23,285 nucleotides of DNA from Candidatus Sumerlaeales bacterium (GTDB lineage: Bacteria; Sumerlaeota; Sumerlaeia; Sumerlaeales; Sumerlaeaceae): assembly GCA_038243585.1 (NCBI GenBank), contig JBBSQY010000049.1, positions 1-23,285 on the forward strand. The letters are read 5' to 3'. The notes under the pieces are model-generated. The model ran no database searches and was not told the origin of the DNA. It was given only the letters and a program-made list of their open reading frames with translations. Position 1 is the stretch's first letter; the number at the start of each line of letters is the position of its first letter. The translations under genes were made by a program, and so were the position numbers. Positions 14,751 to 23,285 of this stretch are shown here, in pieces.

Positions 14751-17564
14751 CTACTTTATGAATTCGGCGCTTTGAAGATACCATGTGCGGGCTTCGTCAA
14801 TAATTTCCGTATTTAGAATTTGTATTTCCAGCCTTGCACGATGTCCCCGTACGTATTGCGATATCGGAAACGTGTAAGTGTCTATGCTTACTGATTGCCA
14901 GTAGCCCTCAAACAGCTTGTGGCGGTTGTTGTCTTCTGTGATCAGACTGATGCGCAATCTAGGAAATATATTGCCGGCGACACGCGAGCGAGCCGTAACG
15001 CTCAAGGTGGTTGCGCCTTCAGGGACCAAAATCTCTTTAGATGATACCGGCGCCTGGACAATGAGCACCTGGTCCCGGTAAACGTTTACTGTTGGGAAAT
15101 CTTCAGTCGTTAATCTGAGCAGCGTTTCCGGTTCTGAAGTTGCCTGGGAATCGTATGCCGGAAAAATGACCTGTTCGTTTTTAAGCTCAAAAACCGTAGA
15201 GGTGGTGGATACTGCTGTCTTTATGCCGTCGCCCTGACGGATTATTTCGATGCAGGGGTCGCCCAGGAATGTGAAGGAATTATAGAGAGCCTGATTCTGA
15301 CCCGCTGGAATATGGGCCTGGTGGGCGCGCAGGCTTGCTTCGCCCAAGGTTTCTACCGTCGGGTCGAAGTAGCTTTCGAACAGGTGGCGATTGAAGGCGT
15401 GACTGTCCTGAACCGTGGCTTTCCATGATGCGCCGATTACGGCAATGGCTCCGCCGTCTGGCTGAATGACAAGAGCTTCGCCAATGCTTTTCGGCTGATC
15501 AAACGCGGTGGTGTAACAGCTTGCGCAAACAACGACAGGATAGTGGTTCCTGTTTGTCAATCCGGCAACGTCCGCCGGTGTGAACAGGTCCTTCTGTCGC
15601 GCAAAATCCGTGGGCCCAACGCGCCATACGAGGCTGCCGCCATGGCCTACATAGTATAGGAGTTGCACACCCCCACTGATCTCTTTTTGCAGGTTGGAGA
15701 CTTCTCTGCCGACACTTTCTGCTTCGGGGAAGAGATAGGTGACGGTGGACAGGTCGTCCTGATAGGCGTTTCCTATTTCGCTGACATAAGACTGAAAGCT
15801 TTTTTCTACGCTGGAGATGAGCAGGCCTTTGTCGTCGGCGCCTGCGCGAAGGGTTTCGTGAGCTATTACTTTGCGGACATACTCCATCCCCTCGGCGTCG
15901 CTGTTAACGGGGATGCGGCCCACGGCAATATCGGGGCGAAATTCATTTGCGATGCTGCCATACCAGTTGTCGTCCTGATAGCCGCCAGACCAGGTCACTC
16001 CGGGGCGATACACCCAGTGAATGGGGATGAGGACGTCGAGCTGTTGCGAATCATTGAAGGAGCGGGCTTCTCGGTAATCAAAATAGGCGTCGCCTATAAG
16101 GACAATGTGCGAAAGACTGGTAGCGACATCTGCGACGCTCATAATATAATCCCGCAGTGCCGCATCGCTAATAAATCCATGGTTGTGCTGATCAAATATG
16201 GCACGAACGGAGACCGATTTGATGTTCCAGCCGCGTTCCTGGCGATACGTGGTGTAGGTGTCGGCGGTTTGCTTAAGGCTCGGATGGTAGACGACAAGGG
16301 CTTCCATATCGGGTGGAATGACGGGCAGCGGAGACGCGGTAAGCGCTTGAATGTGGTCGACCTTCATTCGAGAAAACGGAGCGGCAGCGGTGCAGGTGGT
16401 CAACGCGGGGCTGTTGTCAATGCGGGTCGATGTTTGATCCGGAGACAGCTGCCAGACGGTGCCGTTGCCGGGATCAAATATGGATGCGCCGGCGGGCAGA
16501 TTTGATATTTCGAGGGTGGATGTGGAGGTTTTGGACAGGTTGGATTTGTCGGGAAGGAGATCATTGTTAAAGGTGTAAAGTTCAGCGCCGCCGGCGTCAT
16601 ATTGGCTGGGATAACGCGCTTCGATGGAATCCAGGGAAATGCTGTCTACGACGGCTTTGCGATCTGCGGGCGCGTTGAAGCTGAATCGTGAGGGCTTATC
16701 TACAACCTGTTCTGGCGGGATTTCGAGGTGAGACGTGTGCATGATGGTCCCGTCAAACCGGATTTCTCCCACCGGTTTCATGTCGTAGAGAAAAGAAAAC
16801 AAATGCGACGGTTTCAGGTTCGCCGCATTGGTGCGGCCCAAGGTTTTTACGGCGAGCTCAACCGGCAGGCCAAGAGATTTGTCAAAACCTGGGAATGACA
16901 GGTTGGTTTTAACAGTCGCTTCAGGTGCCATATTGGCGCGAAATTCCATCCAGTAGAAGTTATCCGTAACATCGGGGGGAAGAGTTGAGAATGAGTAGAG
17001 GTAATTTGATTCCCAGTGACGCCACTGCCAGAAATGCTGTTGGGGCTGATTCGTCTTTGTATCCGTGAGCGGTGCGGGTTTTAACTTATATTGCAGCGGT
17101 CCACTTTCGCTTGCGATATCCTCGGCGCTTTTGTCCCAACCTAAGAAGTAGACGTTCGTTTTGTTCTCCGGCATAAACCAGGAACCTGACGTTGTCGCGT
17201 CTTCGCCGAGAAGTTCGCTGCGCGGGGCGTCGCCGACGAATTCAATGGCGTCATCCGAATCGAATGACGGGTCTTGCCCGTCTATTACCAGGATTGGCAC
17301 TGGCTGACCGGCGCAGGTTAGAGTCAGTTTTTCCGGGGCCACATATGAGAGGCGCACTCCGGCCTTTGCCAGCTCTGCGCCGGTTATCCGGTAAACGCCG
17401 GGATATCGCAAATCGATTCTAACGCCGGTTGGGGACTCGGCTGGTGATAATGCCGTGGTAAAGCTTGTTACGGCGGAACCGGCACCGCAGAAGGATGCTA
17501 ATAAGGCGGGAGCTAATCCGAAAATTGCCTTAAGCACGCTACTCGTTGGAAAGAGCTTTTGCAA
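14751..17564 (-). CDS. Peptidase C25 family cysteine protease (gingipain/PorU-like)
   Basis: N-terminal GVYRITGAEL...VPILV.DG...FDSDDAIEFVG...NVYFL; motifs HIVLIGDA, DIAVGRIPV, YYVGHGG (catalytic His), ASCYTTAFD (catalytic Cys), GGAIAVIG and FLGDP. The start is TTG 17564 or GTG 17537. Confidence 0.9.
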   Translation of the reverse strand: MQKLFPTSSVLKAIFGLAPALLASFCGAGSAVTSFTTALSPAESPTGVRIDLRYPGVYRITGAELAKAGVRLSYVAPEKLTLTCAGQPVPILVIDGQDPSFDSDDAIEFVGDAPRSELLGEDATTSGSWFMPENKTNVYFLGWDKSAEDIASESGPLQYKLKPAPLTDTKTNQPQQHFWQWRHWESNYLYSFSTLPPDVTDNFYWMEFRANMAPEATVKTNLSFPGFDKSLGLPVELAVKTLGRTNAANLKPSHLFSFLYDMKPVGEIRFDGTIMHTSHLEIPPEQVVDKPSRFSFNAPADRKAVVDSISLDSIEARYPSQYDAGGAELYTFNNDLLPDKSNLSKTSTSTLEISNLPAGASIFDPGNGTVWQLSPDQTSTRIDNSPALTTCTAAAPFSRMKVDHIQALTASPLPVIPPDMEALVVYHPSLKQTADTYTTYRQERGWNIKSVSVRAIFDQHNHGFISDAALRDYIMSVADVATSLSHIVLIGDAYFDYREARSFNDSQQLDVLIPIHWVYRPGVTWSGGYQDDNWYGSIANEFRPDIAVGRIPVNSDAEGMEYVRKVIAHETLRAGADDKGLLISSVEKSFQSYVSEIGNAYQDDLSTVTYLFPEAESVGREVSNLQKEISGGVQLLYYVGHGGSLVWRVGPTDFARQKDLFTPADVAGLTNRNHYPVVVCASCYTTAFDQPKSIGEALVIQPDGGAIAVIGASWKATVQDSHAFNRHLFESYFDPTVETLGEASLRAHQAHIPAGQNQALYNSFTFLGDPCIEIIRQGDGIKTAVSTTSTVFELKNEQVIFPAYDSQATSEPETLLRLTTEDFPTVNVYRDQVLIVQAPVSSKEILVPEGATTLSVTARSRVAGNIFPRLRISLITEDNNRHKLFEGYWQSVSIDTYTFPISQYVRGHRARLEIQILNTEIIDEARTWYLQSAEFIK

Positions 17565-17814
17565 GTTGCGATAATTCCTTTATGCGACTGCGGGAAATGC
17601 GAACCGTGGTTCCGGTCCAGCTGGGAGAGCTTGCGAGATCCCGCTTTGCTTCGTCGACAAGTTCTTCCATCAGGTTTATGATCTGGCGAATCTGTAACGC
17701 CGCATCGATGTCTATGGCCGCTTCTTCCGGCGAGTAGGAGAAGCTGCTCCCTTTAATGTGCGTCTGGCAGATTTTGGCCGCCTTTAGTGATCCGGTTGTA
17801 AATTTAGTCTGCAT
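17539..17814 (-). CDS. Hypothetical protein (91 aa)
   Basis: Overlaps the upstream gene by 11 nt, has AAGGAAAG upstream of its ATG and abuts the C25 gene. Amphipathic helix IRQIINLMEELVDEAKRDL. Confidence 0.65.
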   Translation of the reverse strand: MQTKFTTGSLKAAKICQTHIKGSSFSYSPEEAAIDIDAALQIRQIINLMEELVDEAKRDLASSPSWTGTTVRISRSRIKELSQLAKALSNE

Positions 17815-18529
17815 CAGTCGTTTCTTTCCTTATTTCCAACGTTAAGTCATTTGGTTCCTGAGAATCGGAGGGGGAGCCGTCCTCGCTGGAACTCGTTTCT
17901 TCGGCTTCCTGCTGCCGCGCCGCCACATCTACCGGATCGGTTAGATCGGTGATTGGCTCTTCGGAAACCTCTTCGCCGTAAGTCGTATCTAATTGGGCGT
18001 CATCGGACGGGAGATTGATCGCTTTTGGCTCAGCCATCAGCCGCTCGGCCTCCGCTTCATCCTGCGCGCCAATGGCTGATTTGTAAGCGTCCTCGACGGC
18101 CTCTTCATCGCCAGTGGCGCTGTCGACGCGTGGCGCATCCGGAGTTACGGCCGAGTCTACGGTTGCGGTTTCTTGTTCGTCAGGAGGTGATGGTGCCTGC
18201 GGCCCGTAGGCGCGGGGTTGGCTTGATCCTTTTTTCGCGCGGCATTCGTCGCAGATGCCGCCGGGAAGTGACGTCAGAAACGCCATTTGGCATTCTTTAC
18301 AGATGTAGCGGGTCTGCTGCTCGGGCGGCTTGTGGAGGTTGTTCAGTTCCTTGTAAAGGACCTGAACGTTTTCTTTAAGGTTCTCTTCCACCATTTTCGC
18401 CAGGTTCGGCATCATCAGGTTAGGGCGCGCTTTCCGAAATGCGACGAGTCTCTCCAACGCCTCATTCTGGAGGCGTATAACTTCGCCCAGCTCTATGACA
18501 GCCTGCATTTTATCCAGATCAAAACTCAT
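17804..18529 (-). CDS. Hypothetical protein: helical N-terminus, CxxC-x11-CxxC zinc ribbon, acidic disordered tail
   Basis: GGAGAGGG ribosome-binding site; motif YICKECQMAFLTSLPGGICDECRAK; Asp/Glu/Pro-rich C-terminal half. Confidence 0.85.
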   Translation of the reverse strand: MSFDLDKMQAVIELGEVIRLQNEALERLVAFRKARPNLMMPNLAKMVEENLKENVQVLYKELNNLHKPPEQQTRYICKECQMAFLTSLPGGICDECRAKKGSSQPRAYGPQAPSPPDEQETATVDSAVTPDAPRVDSATGDEEAVEDAYKSAIGAQDEAEAERLMAEPKAINLPSDDAQLDTTYGEEVSEEPITDLTDPVDVAARQQEAEETSSSEDGSPSDSQEPNDLTLEIRKETTDAD

Positions 18530-18937
18530 TGGCGGTGTCCCTCTCCGGCGGCGCGGCGTCGGTAAATAAATATGAAGATTAAAATCAAGTTCAAGCGTAA
18601 AAGCTGATCACGAATCTACTACTCCCCGTGGACAACGTCCATTCCTTTCCATACGGTTCAGGGTGTTTTAATTGTCCAGCCGTTTCACCTCTTCAGCAGA
18701 TTTGTCGCGCTGGAAAAGAGGGTTCCGGAACAGAGAAATCGTCACCTCTTGCCAAGAGTATAAGGTTCGGATGCAATGGATCAACCATTATGGTGTATAA
18801 CCCGCCTTGGCAAGCGGCGCGCGCGCGTTTAATGCGGTGTTGCTAGTCTGGTTATCAAGAAACCTTGTTAACAAAAAAATAATTTTAATGATCAGCCGGA
18901 GGCTTATTGGTCGCTCGGTTGACGGAGGATATCAACA

Positions 18938-21900
18938 ATGGCGAAGAAGTACGTTTACTTCTTTGGAGACGGCAAGAGCGAAGGCCGCGGCAACCAGAAA
19001 GAACTGCTCGGCGGCAAGGGCGCAAACCTTTGTGAAATGGCTCGCCTCGGCATACCTGTTCCGGCGGGTTTTGTCATCAATACGGAAGTCTGCACAGACT
19101 ACTATAAGAGCGGCCGCAAGCTGCCATCAGGCCTGGATAAGGAACTGCGCGCCGCCATGGCGCGGACAGAAAAAGTCATGGGCGGCAAATTCGGCGACGC
19201 CAAGAATCCCCTTCTGGTTTCAGTGCGCTCCGGCGCACGCATTTCCATGCCTGGCATGATGGAAACCGTCTTGAATCTCGGTTTAAATGAAAAGACTTTG
19301 CAGGGCATCATCGCCCGCAGCGGCAACGAGCGTTTCGGCTGGGATCTTTACCGCCGGTTCGTGCATATGTATAGCGCCGTGGTTATGGAAATCGACAACG
19401 AACTTTTCGGCCATCGCATGGACGAGATGAAGGCCGATCGCGGTACCAAGAGCGATATGGACCTGACCGCCGACGATTTTAAAGAACTGACCAACGACTA
19501 CAAAAAGATCTACCGCGATAAAGTTGGTTCTGATTTCCCGGAAGACCCATGGACCCAGCTTCGTGCCGCCGTGGGTGCCGTGTTTAATTCATGGATGAAG
19601 AAGAAGGCCGTCGACTACCGCAAAATTTATAACGTGCCTGCCACGTGGGGCACGGCCGTCAATGTGCAATCCATGGTGTACGGCAACATGGGCGACGACT
19701 GCGCCACGGGTGTGGCTTTTACCCGTGACCCTGGAAATGGTGACCAGAAATTTTACGGTGAATGGCTGAAAAACGCCCAAGGCGAAGACGTGGTGGCCGG
19801 TATCCGTACTCCGCAGCCCATCAATGAAGAAACTCGCAACGCAGGCAACGAGACCACGACGCTTCAGGAAGAAATGCCTAAAGCGTATGCTGACTTGGTT
19901 CGCATCTATAAGCGCCTGGAAAATCATTACACAGACATGCAGGACATCGAGTTCACCATTCAGAACCATAAGCTTTGGATGTTGCAGACCCGTAACGGCA
20001 AGCGCACCGCCTCTGCGGCCATCAAAATTGCAGTAGACCTGGTCAAGGAAGGATTGATCGACAAGCGGACCGCCATCAAGCGTGTTGACCCGGACCAACT
20101 CAATGAACTCCTTCACCCTATGTTCAACCCTCAAGCCAAGAAAACCCGTATCGCCAAAGGCATCAGCGCCAGCCCCGGCGCAGCGGTCGGCAAGGCGGTC
20201 TTCAACGCTGAAGACGCCGTGGCCGCCAAAGCTCGCGGCGAGTCCGTGATTCTTGTGCGCCTGGAAACAAGCCCGGAAGACGTGGCGGGTATGTATGCCG
20301 CCGCTGGAATCCTGACGGCTCGCGGCGGCAAGACCAGCCACGCGGCAGTGGTTGCCCGCGGCATGGGCAAGAGCTGCGTGTGCGGCGCCGGCGACCTGAG
20401 CATCAGCGAAAAAGCCAAGAAGTTCACCGTGCAGGTTAACGAAGAAACCATAACCATCAACGAAGGCGACTGGGTTTCCATCGACGGCACGAAGGGCGAG
20501 GTTTACGTTGGTAAGGTCGACCTGATGGACAGCGAAATCCTTCAGGCGCTTAAGGGCGACATTGATCCGAAGCAGAGCATAATCTACGGTTATTACGGCC
20601 AGTTCATGAAATGGGCCAACGAGCTTCGCCGGTTGCGTGTTCGCACCAATGCCGACACCCCGGAAGACAGCCGCGTGGCGCGTCAGTTCGGTGCCGAAGG
20701 CATCGGGCTTTGCCGCACTGAGCACATGTTTTTTGACACCGAGCGCATCTTGTATGTCCGCCAGATGATCGTGGCGGAAAACGAAGCGGCGCGGCGCAAG
20801 TCGCTCGCGAAACTTATCAAGTACCAACGCGAAGATTTCACCGGGCTTTTCAAGGTAATGGACGGCCTGCCGGTCACGATCCGCCTGCTTGATCCGCCGC
20901 TCCACGAGTTCCTGCCCCACAGCAGCGAGGACATTGATCAGCTTGCGAAGGATCTGGGAATTGAACCAGAGGTTCTTCATCGCAAGGTTGAACAGCTTCA
21001 CGAAAGCAACCCGATGCTGGGTCATCGCGGTTGTCGCCTGGGAATCGTGTTTCCGGAAATCACGGAAATGCAGGCGCGGGCTATTTTTGAAGCCGCCGCC
21101 GATCTTACTAAGAAGAAAATACGAGTGATTCCGGAAGTCATGGTGCCGCTGATCGGCACGTCTGAAGAATTTAAAAATCAGCGTGATATCATCGTGGGCG
21201 TTGCTAATGAAGTGATGAAGGAAAAAGGGATTCGTTTCAAATATCTGGTCGGAACAATGATCGAAGTTCCCCGGGCCGCGTTGACCGCGGGCGCTATCGC
21301 GGAAGATGCGGAATTCTTCAGTTTTGGCACAAACGATCTCACCCAGATGACCTACGGTTACAGCCGTGACGATGCCGGAAAATTTCTTCCTTATTACGTT
21401 GAAAATAATATTCTGCCGGGTGATCCGTTTCAGAGTCTTGATCAGGTGGGCGTCGGTCGTCTCATGGAAATTGCAGTTGAGACCGGACGCCAGGCCCGCC
21501 CTGGACTGAAGTGTGGTATCTGTGGTGAGCATGGCGGCGACCCAAGATCAGTAGAATTCTGTCACAAAACGAATCTGGACTACGTCTCCTGCAGCCCCTA
21601 CAGAGTGCCTATTGCTATACTTGCCGCAGCTCAGGCAAGTGTCAACGATGAGGGTAGTGGAATGGCCGCGGTTTCCCCTCGGGGCGCCGCGAGCAAAAAG
21701 AAGGAGGTAGTCGTGAAAACAGCAGCGACAGCAAAGAAGTCTTCCTCGAAGGCCTCTGCTCCGAAGAAAGCGGCGCCAGCCAAAACAGTCGTAGCGGCCA
21801 AATCAGCCGCCCCGGCAAAAAAAGCGGCGACCGCCACAAAGGCAGCTCCGGCTAAAAAAGCGGCTCCTGTCAAAAAGGCAGCGACCGCCACGGCGACTCC

Positions 21901-22174
21901 TGCGAAAAAAGCAGCGCCTGCTAAAACGGCTCCTGCCTCAAAGACCGCGCCGGCTAAAAAAGCGGCTCCGTCCAAACCGGCAGCTCCCGCCAAAAAAGCA
22001 ACAACTGCTTCAAAGCCTGCTGCAAAATCTGCGGCAGCGAAGCCAGCAGCACCGGCTAAAAAAGCCGCCCCTGCCAAATCGGCAGCACCAGCTAAAAAAG
22101 CCGCTCCGGCTCAAAAAGCTGCTGCACCTGCCGCCAAAGCTCCGGCTAAAAAGCCAGCCGCAAAAAAGAAATAA
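18938..22174 (+). CDS. ppdK: Pyruvate, phosphate dikinase with C-terminal histone-H1-like tail
   Basis: GGAGG ribosome-binding site; motifs LLGGKGANL, LLVSVRSGA, AQGEDVVAGIRTP, GGKTSHAAVVARG (phospho-His), GLCRTEHMFF, FSFGTNDLTQ, GICGEHGGDP and YVSCSPYRVP. The core ends near aa 902. Confidence 0.97.
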   Translation: MAKKYVYFFGDGKSEGRGNQKELLGGKGANLCEMARLGIPVPAGFVINTEVCTDYYKSGRKLPSGLDKELRAAMARTEKVMGGKFGDAKNPLLVSVRSGARISMPGMMETVLNLGLNEKTLQGIIARSGNERFGWDLYRRFVHMYSAVVMEIDNELFGHRMDEMKADRGTKSDMDLTADDFKELTNDYKKIYRDKVGSDFPEDPWTQLRAAVGAVFNSWMKKKAVDYRKIYNVPATWGTAVNVQSMVYGNMGDDCATGVAFTRDPGNGDQKFYGEWLKNAQGEDVVAGIRTPQPINEETRNAGNETTTLQEEMPKAYADLVRIYKRLENHYTDMQDIEFTIQNHKLWMLQTRNGKRTASAAIKIAVDLVKEGLIDKRTAIKRVDPDQLNELLHPMFNPQAKKTRIAKGISASPGAAVGKAVFNAEDAVAAKARGESVILVRLETSPEDVAGMYAAAGILTARGGKTSHAAVVARGMGKSCVCGAGDLSISEKAKKFTVQVNEETITINEGDWVSIDGTKGEVYVGKVDLMDSEILQALKGDIDPKQSIIYGYYGQFMKWANELRRLRVRTNADTPEDSRVARQFGAEGIGLCRTEHMFFDTERILYVRQMIVAENEAARRKSLAKLIKYQREDFTGLFKVMDGLPVTIRLLDPPLHEFLPHSSEDIDQLAKDLGIEPEVLHRKVEQLHESNPMLGHRGCRLGIVFPEITEMQARAIFEAAADLTKKKIRVIPEVMVPLIGTSEEFKNQRDIIVGVANEVMKEKGIRFKYLVGTMIEVPRAALTAGAIAEDAEFFSFGTNDLTQMTYGYSRDDAGKFLPYYVENNILPGDPFQSLDQVGVGRLMEIAVETGRQARPGLKCGICGEHGGDPRSVEFCHKTNLDYVSCSPYRVPIAILAAAQASVNDEGSGMAAVSPRGAASKKKEVVVKTAATAKKSSSKASAPKKAAPAKTVVAAKSAAPAKKAATATKAAPAKKAAPVKKAATATATPAKKAAPAKTAPASKTAPAKKAAPSKPAAPAKKATTASKPAAKSAAAKPAAPAKKAAPAKSAAPAKKAAPAQKAAAPAAKAPAKKPAAKKK
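21713..22174 (+). repeat. Lys/Ala/Pro low-complexity repeat region (8 x PAKK); possible nested in-frame gene
   Basis: No Asp or Glu in aa 924-1078. AAGGAGGT at 21701-21708 precedes the in-frame GTG at 21713. Confidence 0.75.
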
Positions 22175-22223
22175 TCTAATGGACTGACGCACAGGATGCG
22201 TCAGCCACTGCAGATGCATTTAT

Positions 22224-22261
22224 CGCCGGCCCGGGCTTTCCGGGCCGGCGGTTGTTTTTTT
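22224..22261 (+). terminator. Intrinsic terminator of ppdK
   Basis: CGCCGGCCCGG-gcttt-CCGGGCCGGCG followed by GTTGTTTTTTT. A second hairpin, CTGACGCA-cagga-TGCGTCAG, lies at 22184-22204. Confidence 0.88.
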
Positions 22262-22406
22262 GTGGAGGTGGTCTGCTGTGAGAGGGGTTTTTCTATGGTG
22301 TTGGGGTGGCGCGTTTAACCTTGAACCTGCGTCATATATCGAGGCAGTTCAATCCAGCATGTAAGGACACAGTCTAACCTACTTCTTCTTTCGTTAAGGT
22401 GAACTC

Positions 22407-23285
22407 ATGATATCTCCCTTAGGCAAATTCGCCTGCATCTCGATCTTCACGATTGCGTTCGGAGCCGGTCCCGGCGGCGCTTTGGCCCAGCCGGCATCGT
22501 CCGGCCCTTATGAGTATCTTCCTTTTGGGGATGGCTATATAGTTGAAGCTTTCATGGATTTGCTGCCGTCCACGAGCGCCAGGGCGGATTGGACCGGCTG
22601 GAGCGGAAGCACATGGGTTTCTCCCAACGCTTACAACAACCACGACGGCACAGACTGGTCTATGGCGACTGGCACGCCGATCTACGCTGCCACTACCGGC
22701 ACGATTACAGAGGTCGAGAGAACGATTCCTGCGAATACATTTCCAGCGGGCGGCGATTTCGGCAACTTCGTCAAAATCAGGGCCGACGGCCTGTCGCCCA
22801 AGGGCGAAATAATCGCGGTGAAAGCCGCTCACCTGCTGCCGGAAAATCAAACGGGCCTGCCGACTATTTCCGTAACAGTCGGCCAACAGGTTAACGCAGG
22901 GCAGCACATTGGCTATTCCGACAACACGGGGAATTCCACGTCTGAGCATTGCCACGTTCAAAGCTCTATCGTTTCAGGCGACGTTTTTACCTGCCCGTTC
23001 TATCACGGGCATTTTAAGTACCCTATCATGTTTAGCCCGAATGGTAAAGTTCAGGTCGGACATATAGTAAAAGTCCGTACCACGTCCACACCCATAAGAA
23101 ATGAGCGTTTTGAGGACAGTACAATTATCGGGATTGCGCGCAAGGATCAGATGTATTTCGCATCCTTTGACAAGCGCGGGTACTGGCGAATCTTTATCCC
23201 GAACAATCCTGGCAATCGGTCCGGTTGGGTGCGTGCGTTAGATGTAGACGAAGTGCTGACGGGTACGGTCATTCAGCCCTTGCCG
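22407..23285 (+). CDS. Secreted M23 family metallopeptidase with SH3-like domain (5' part; runs off window end)
   Basis: Not in the ORF track. AAGGTGA ribosome-binding site; signal peptide MISPLGKFACISIFTIAFGAGPGGALA; motifs NHDGTDW (HxxxD), GTPIYAATTG, GNFVKI, AHL and GYSDNTGNSTSEHCH (HxH); then the SH3b-like IR...STIIG...GYWRI...GWVRA. Confidence 0.9.
   Translation, partial: MISPLGKFACISIFTIAFGAGPGGALAQPASSGPYEYLPFGDGYIVEAFMDLLPSTSARADWTGWSGSTWVSPNAYNNHDGTDWSMATGTPIYAATTGTITEVERTIPANTFPAGGDFGNFVKIRADGLSPKGEIIAVKAAHLLPENQTGLPTISVTVGQQVNAGQHIGYSDNTGNSTSEHCHVQSSIVSGDVFTCPFYHGHFKYPIMFSPNGKVQVGHIVKVRTTSTPIRNERFEDSTIIGIARKDQMYFASFDKRGYWRIFIPNNPGNRSGWVRALDVDEVLTGTVIQPLP

Noticed and set aside
14534..14761. 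75-aa ORF with repeated GKAYTGGTPMLLHP
   Set aside because: It is a by-product of the 42-bp repeat, whose length is a multiple of three. It has a TTG start and no other coding support.
18817..18827. GCGCGCGCGCG run upstream of ppdK (Z-DNA-like)
   Set aside because: It is only 11 bp, has no supporting context and could arise by chance.
19589..21532. 647-aa antisense ORF
   Set aside because: It is a shadow of ppdK in codon register, expected from biased codon usage, and has no recognisable motifs. The same applies to 12221..13045 (sucD), 15663..16505 (C25) and 21631..22077 (ppdK tail).
22419..22961. 180-aa minus-strand ORF and the plus-strand ORFs 22543..22812 and 22589..22894
   Set aside because: They overlap the better supported M23 peptidase frame that starts at 22407.

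Overview
A bacterial chromosomal segment with no rRNA, tRNA, CRISPR or intact mobile element visible. It holds housekeeping genes (partial bioF, clpS, truA, sucD, ppdK), a sodium:solute symporter, a sulfatase, an intact calcineurin-like phosphoesterase, a decayed YkuE-type phosphoesterase pseudogene, a C25 (gingipain/PorU-like) cysteine peptidase ending a three-gene run, a partial M23 peptidase, several hypothetical or small proteins, intrinsic terminators and a 3 x 42-bp GTAG-type REP-like array. The top candidate for a novel system is a 1370-aa protein (7635..11747, -). It joins a DnaG-primase-type CHC2 zinc-binding domain, about 1000 aa of TPR-like repeats and a DnaA AAA+ domain III with intact ATPase, oligomerisation and ssDNA-binding motifs, but it has no DnaA domain IV. 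The second candidate is pyruvate phosphate dikinase fused to a histone-H1-like Lys/Ala/Pro tail that has its own strong Shine-Dalgarno and in-frame GTG. All calls come from reading motifs by eye; no database searches were run.
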